A stretch of DNA of 37,785 nt, taken from contig CAYPEV010000003.1 of NCBI GenBank assembly GCA_964409605.1, positions 1 to 37,785 of the forward strand. The letters are read 5' to 3'. Below the pieces are notes generated by a model that searched no databases, was not told where the DNA came from, and saw only the letters and a list, made by a program, of their open reading frames with translations. Made by a program: the position numbers and the translations under genes. Origin of the DNA: an uncultured Christensenella sp. (GTDB lineage: Bacteria > Bacillota > Clostridia > Christensenellales > CAG-138). Shown piece by piece: positions 34,008 to 37,785 of this stretch (the stretch's first letter is position 1; the number at the start of each line of letters is the position of its first letter).

Positions 34008-34599
34008 TTAGAGCGTGTGAATTTGTATACGCCGGACATGATGCATGGGACAGAAGCGGACAAACGCACGCAAGACTGTTAATTATTCATGAACTTTCGT
34101 GGTTTTTTATGCAATCGTTCCGTGATTCGGGTAAGATAGAAAAAAGCGGATTTATAGGATTTACGGGCGATTTGCCGCAGGGCTAACCACCGTGTGACGA
34201 AAAAAATTCAGCGCATATTAAGTGAATGCAGCGCGATATGCAAGCGGAGACAACCCCACGGAATCCATTGCAGAAAATATCCAAACAGCCGGGTTTATGT
34301 GCGGAAGACTGTATCATATGCAAAGTCAGAGGACGCATATTCGTTTACAATCGGTGGTATATGCACTGGCGACGGATACAACATGCGGTGCCGCGCCTTG
34401 AATCATGAACGCGAAGCGGACGGACCGCGCGCCATACCCGACCCTGGTTTTTAATTTGGACGGGATATATCCACAAGCCGGATGAACGGCCGATCGGCCG
34501 ATGAAATACGGACGGCGAATGAACCGAGCGATCGATCACACGCCGTGACGGAACAGAACGCATCACACGCCGCACCTTGATAGCTGTATATAAGTGCGA

Positions 34600-34700
34600 T
34601 TCTTCCCACGTAAATGGCACAACCCGCTAAAGCGGGCGTCGCAAAGCTATAGGGCCTACCGGCAGCGTTTGCCCACGGCAGCCAGTTCCCGAATGAAGAA
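34600..34700 (+). promoter_or_regulatory. c-di-GMP-I (GEMM-I) riboswitch aptamer
   Basis: AAAUGGCACAACC, then CCCGC-UAAA-GCGGG, then CGUCGCAAAGC, then UAUAGGGCCUACC..GGCA-GCGUU-UGCC..CGGCAGCC. The whole is enclosed by an outer helix UUCUUC (34600-05) / GAAGAA (34695-700). This matches the conserved GGCAAACC-hairpin-GACGCAAAGC core of Rfam RF01051 as I remember it. It lies 170 nt upstream of the pilus operon start. Confidence 0.75.
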
Positions 34701-34870
34701 CTCACGTTTCACACAGCGGCTTGGAAGACAGGCTTGGTTGTGTTTTAATCAAACGGCGGCGGTTCGAATTCGGTGGGATTTGAGCCGTTATTTATTTTTA
34801 TTGCGGTTCGACCGGTATCGGTTGATCATGGATCAGGGTAATTTTTCGTGTGATTTGAGGAGAGACAGAC

Positions 34871-35497
34871 ATGCAGGTTTATCTGCCGGTACTATACGGC
34901 GCTGCACTGGGCGCCGGCCTGGCAGTTCCCGTGCGGCTCCTGTGCGCGCTGCTGCTCAAGCAGCGGGGCATCGCCCAGACAATGGGGCGATTACATACTG
35001 TAATACTGATCGTGAGCATGGCCGCCATCGGCGGTGTGATCGGATGGCGCGCCGGGACCACATTTTCCGGGCTGTATCTTCTTCTGCTGCTGTTCGTGTG
35101 TGCCTGCACGTTTTATATCGACGCGGTACGCCGTATCATTCCAAACGAGCTGGTGCTGGCGATCATCATTCTTGCAGCGGCGTTTGGGCTGATGGGCGCA
35201 ATCCGGTTTCAGATCGTTCCGTCGCTGCTCGGTCTTGCGGTATGCTTTGTGATCTTCTTCGTACCCGGCTTGTTCGGGAAACAAGTCGGCGCGGGGGATG
35301 TCAAGCTCGCAGCCGCGATGGGCTTCGCTCTGGGACTCAGGGGCAGCCTGTACGCGGTAGCCTGTATGGGCGCTCTGGTTTTGGTGTATGTGATGGTCGA
35401 CTTTCGTGTGCCGCTGCCGCAGCGGCTGAGAGAGATGATTCCGATGGGCCCGTTTCTGGCGCTGGCGCTGATCGCGATGTCGATCATTCTGCTCTAG
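34871..35497 (+). CDS. tadV: Type IV prepilin peptidase, TadV/CpaA type (A24 family, no methyltransferase domain)
   Basis: Polytopic 208 aa protein with the two catalytic Asp contexts FYIDAVRRIIPNE and GAGDVKLAAAMG. RBS GAGGAGAG. Confidence 0.85.
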   Translation: MQVYLPVLYGAALGAGLAVPVRLLCALLLKQRGIAQTMGRLHTVILIVSMAAIGGVIGWRAGTTFSGLYLLLLLFVCACTFYIDAVRRIIPNELVLAIIILAAAFGLMGAIRFQIVPSLLGLAVCFVIFFVPGLFGKQVGAGDVKLAAAMGFALGLRGSLYAVACMGALVLVYVMVDFRVPLPQRLREMIPMGPFLALALIAMSIILL

Positions 35498-35694
35498 CAA
35501 TCCAGCCAAAAACACATAGGCGGATGTGCCAATTACGAAACAAATTCTATTTTTGAAGCAATCCGGTGCACACCCCGATTGCAGGGGTGCATTCACACCG
35601 GTCAATTTCGCAGTCTGCAGCGGATGAAAACGATTCACGTTTCAATTCTGCAAGAAGGCTTGCGAAGAATCTCGCGGAAAGGAGGATTATGAAA

Positions 35695-35859
35695 ATGAAA
35701 AAGTTCTTTATGAACGAAGAAGGCCAGGGCATGGTGGAATACGGTCTGATCATCGCGCTGGTCGCGGTTGTCGTCATCGGTGCCATCACGCTGCTGAGCG
35801 GCGGTATCGAAGGTGTGTTCGGGAAAGCAACGACGGCCCTGAACGGCACTGGTGAGTAA
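35695..35859 (+). CDS. flp: Flp family type IVb pilin
   Basis: MKKFFMNEEGQG/MVEYGLIIALVAVVVIGAI carries the Flp G/xxEY processing motif. GGAGG lies 9 nt upstream (alternative ATG at 35689). Confidence 0.85.
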   Translation: MKKFFMNEEGQGMVEYGLIIALVAVVVIGAITLLSGGIEGVFGKATTALNGTGE

Positions 35860-35894
35860 TCATCCTTGAGGTTCACAAGGGAAGGATGCAAACG

Positions 35895-36044
35895 ATGAAA
35901 CGTTTGTTTTGGGAGGAAGACGGTCAGGGCCTCGTCGAATACGGCCTGATCATCTTGCTTGTGGCGCTGGTCGTCATCGGTGCTTTGTCGCTGGTTGGAA
36001 CCGATATCGTTACGTTTTTTACGAATTTCAGTGAGAATTTCTAA
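35895..36044 (+). CDS. flp: Second Flp family pilin (49 aa, below the ORF-track size cut-off)
   Basis: My translation is MKRLFWEEDGQG/LVEYGLIILLVALVVIGALSLVGTDIVTFFTNFSENF*. RBS GGGAAGG lies 9 nt upstream (alternative ATG at 35886). Confidence 0.8.
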   Translation: MKRLFWEEDGQGLVEYGLIILLVALVVIGALSLVGTDIVTFFTNFSENF

Positions 36045-36258
36045 AAAAGCGGAGCACGCTCGTTTCGGCGAAAGTGCAGGCAAGCATGAAGAAAAGATGA
36101 AACTGACCTGATTTGTTTACACAACTCGTTCCAAACGACTTGCGTTGACTTTGATTTGTGTCCGCATCCCTGGGTGGGAGGGCTCCAAAACTGACCTTAT
36201 TCGAGTTGGCGCCGAGGGTATGTTTACTCGCCGCGCGTCCAGACGAAAGCCAGAATTT

Positions 36259-36304
36259 CCGGAATGAGAACGACCGCTGATGACAACGGGCGTTCTCATT
36301 CCGG
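36259..36304 (+). terminator. Very strong stem-loop after the pilin genes (candidate partial terminator / transcript stabiliser)
   Basis: CCGGAAUGAGAACG (36259-72) pairs perfectly with CGUUCUCAUUCCGG (36291-304), extendable by CCG/CGG inside the loop. The downstream tract CACUCAUUCUUUUA is only weakly U-rich. Confidence 0.45.
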
Positions 36305-36431
36305 CACTCATTCTTTTACCGATGAAACTCAATCGTTCTTCCTTCTTCCGTATCTCTGGCGCTGCGGCCGTGTGTTCGCGGCGCGAGAGATGCAGAGGAA
36401 GCGATCAGACCTTCCGAAGAAAGGAGCGGCA

Positions 36432-36884
36432 ATGAAGCCTGTTTTCGCAAAGAAGCACCCCGTTTGTTTCAAGCGGCAGCGCGCATGGATGCGGCGCGAA
36501 GGGGGTCAATCGGCGGTTGAACTGGCTCTGACTCTGCCGCTGCTGCTGTTATTGATTTGCGGCATGTTGGAGATGGGATGGCTCGCGTCCACGCGGCAGG
36601 TGATGGATACCATGACGCGGGAGGCAACGCGCGCGGGGATCGTCGCATCCTCCACCACCGCTTGCACGACCACGGTCAACACAACGATCACAAACAAGAA
36701 GCCAAGTTATATGAAGAATACGATCTCCGTCAGCGTGACGTTCTCCAAGCCGTCCGACTTTAAAAGCGGAGACGTCACGGTCACGACGGGATATGACCTG
36801 CCAACGTTGACGCCGCTGACCGCGTTTCTCGCGCCGGGCGGAAAATATCACATCGTTTCGACCTGTACGATGAAGGCCGGCTAG
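36432..36884 (+). CDS. tadE: TadE/TadG-like pseudopilin / pilus assembly protein
   Basis: REGGQS/AVELALTLPLLLLLICGMLEMG is a TadE-like N-terminal domain. The ATG at 36432 follows AAAGGAG. Confidence 0.75.
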   Translation: MKPVFAKKHPVCFKRQRAWMRREGGQSAVELALTLPLLLLLICGMLEMGWLASTRQVMDTMTREATRAGIVASSTTACTTTVNTTITNKKPSYMKNTISVSVTFSKPSDFKSGDVTVTTGYDLPTLTPLTAFLAPGGKYHIVSTCTMKAG

Positions 36885-37032
36885 CAAAAAAGCCGCAAGC
36901 AAACGAACCGGGCCGCGCCAAGACAGCGGCGCACCGAACGCAAGAAAAACGAGATGCCGGAAAAAGACGAAGATCGCAGCTGCACCGCTTGGGGCGGGCG
37001 TATGCGCCGGCTGATCCGGCAGGAGGACTCTG

Positions 37033-37785
37033 ATGAAGAAAATTGTCTTATTCGCTCTGATTGCCGCGCTTTGCGCAGGCGCGCTGCTCTATTTTTATTT
37101 GGGCAAACTCGAAGCGGAAAAGCAGGTCAAGGTGGAGTATGACAGCGTGATTGTCGCCGCGAGCAATATCCCCGCGTATACGCCGATTACGAGCGATATG
37201 GTCACCCTGAAGCAGATTCCGCTGGGGTATGCCCATCCGCTTGCCGCACACACGCTGGAAGAGGTCGTGGGCTATGTGACCGAGAGCGATATCATAGAGG
37301 GCGAAGAGATCCTGCCCGCTAAGCTCAAACAATTCGGAGAGACCGACAGCGGGCTTTCCTACGTCGTGCCGGAGGGGATGCGCGCCGTGACCGTCTCGGT
37401 TGACGAGGTTTCGGGCGTCGCAGGATTTTTGCAGCGCGGGGACTATGTGGACGTGATTTCCTATACGACGACCACCTATGTGCCGGCGGAAGCGCCGGTC
37501 GTGCCGGAGGGTCAGACGCCGAGCGCGGCGCAACTGCCGCAGACGCTGAGCACAACGCTGGTTGCCGCGCAAAACGTGCGTGTGGCTGCGGTCGGGAAAT
37601 CGTTTTCCGGCGCCGCGGCGACAACGGCGGACGGCGAGACGGAAAGCGGATACAACAGCGTCACGCTGCTGCTCTCGCCGGAGGACACAATGCGCGTCGT
37701 GCAGGGTGCAAAGAGCGGCTCGATCGTTTTGATTCTCCGCGCGTCGGGTGATCATTCCCCGAACACGCAGCCGCCGGTTATCAAC
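37033..37785 (+). CDS. cpaB: Flp pilus assembly protein CpaB/RcpC, partial (runs off the right edge)
   Basis: Absent from the ORF track because it has no stop codon. My translation is MKKIVLFALIAALCAGALLYFYL..VIVAASNIPAYTPITSDMV..VPEGMRAVTVSVDEVSGVAGFLQRGDYVDVI..VTLLLSPEDTMRVVQGAKSGSIVLILR, a SAF plus CpaB pattern. AGGAGG lies 6 nt upstream. Confidence 0.8.
   Translation, partial: MKKIVLFALIAALCAGALLYFYLGKLEAEKQVKVEYDSVIVAASNIPAYTPITSDMVTLKQIPLGYAHPLAAHTLEEVVGYVTESDIIEGEEILPAKLKQFGETDSGLSYVVPEGMRAVTVSVDEVSGVAGFLQRGDYVDVISYTTTTYVPAEAPVVPEGQTPSAAQLPQTLSTTLVAAQNVRVAAVGKSFSGAAATTADGETESGYNSVTLLLSPEDTMRVVQGAKSGSIVLILRASGDHSPNTQPPVIN

Noticed and set aside
33998-34454. Small + strand ORFs (62 aa, 86 aa, 60 aa) in the gene-free region
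   Set aside because: They have no RBS and odd composition, and one overlaps the P2 promoter hexamers. They are more likely chance ORFs within a non-coding leader.
33804-34870. Invertible (phase-variable) promoter element in the pilus leader, by analogy with riboswitch-plus-switch arrangements in C. difficile
   Set aside because: I looked for long inverted repeats flanking a 100-400 bp segment and found only short palindromes (TGATC-ATG-GATCA at 34823-34835, CGGCCGATCGGCCG at 34487-34500). No site-specific recombinase gene is nearby. This cannot be excluded without a computational inverted-repeat scan and read-level evidence.
34594-35556. 320-aa + strand ORF starting inside the riboswitch and overlapping the prepilin peptidase gene in another frame
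   Set aside because: The 34871..35497 frame gives a polytopic A24 peptidase with both catalytic Asp motifs and a good RBS. The long ORF is Arg-rich and would begin within a structured RNA.
1-37785. CRISPR arrays, tRNA/rRNA genes, transposases, integrases, prophage or toxin-antitoxin/defence gene signatures
   Set aside because: I found no spaced direct-repeat arrays, no cloverleaf-like conserved tRNA boxes in the intergenic regions I read, and no recombinase or transposase-like translations. The window reads as ordinary chromosome rather than a mobile or defence island. A tRNAscan/Infernal run would be needed to be certain about small RNAs.

Overview
This is a GC-rich (roughly 58-60%) chromosomal segment. 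Gene content and codon style suggest a Clostridia-type Firmicute, but that is inference, since no search was run. I support 34 protein-coding genes, and I see no rRNA, tRNA, CRISPR array, transposase or integrase. In order, the window contains: (1) a nitrogen unit with divergent type III glutamine synthetase (partial, runs off the left edge) and type I glutamine synthetase plus an ANTAR antiterminator, each behind a consensus promoter and a structured leader; (2) an FAD oxidoreductase and a TetR / SCP2 / M24-peptidase group; (3) an ECF sigma / anti-sigma pair; (4) a large flavodiiron protein fused to a flavin-reductase domain and two rubredoxins; (5) a NusG_II / Gx-transporter / ApbE module; (6) an SDR; (7) a UbiA-type polyprenyl-phosphate phosphoribosyltransferase with a large polytopic membrane protein; (8) a 5TMR-LYT/PAS/GGDEF/HD-GYP c-di-GMP enzyme translationally coupled to a macrodomain-HTH protein; (9) a vWA protein; (10) a CotH / VTC / DUF4956 operon; (11) an isolated priming sugar transferase; (12) a split transketolase; (13) a small GNAT; (14) LepB, a lipoprotein and NlpC/P60; (15) a roughly 1 kb gene-free leader holding a class I c-di-GMP riboswitch, followed by the start of a Tad/Flp pilus locus (prepilin peptidase, two Flp pilins, TadE-like, CpaB partial at the right edge). 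Three genes are absent from the ORF track and were read directly from the sequence: glnN, the second flp and cpaB. The most interesting items are the riboswitch-controlled Tad locus with its long promoter-bearing leader, the CotH-VTC-DUF4956 operon (a possible bacterial VTC-like polyphosphate system), the GGDEF/HD-GYP-macro-HTH pairing, and the glutamine synthetase/ANTAR unit whose receiver domain appears to lack a phospho-acceptor. All calls rest on by-eye translation, motif recognition and hairpin inspection. No database or covariance-model search was run, start codons may be off by a few codons, and the functional models in the findings are hypotheses.
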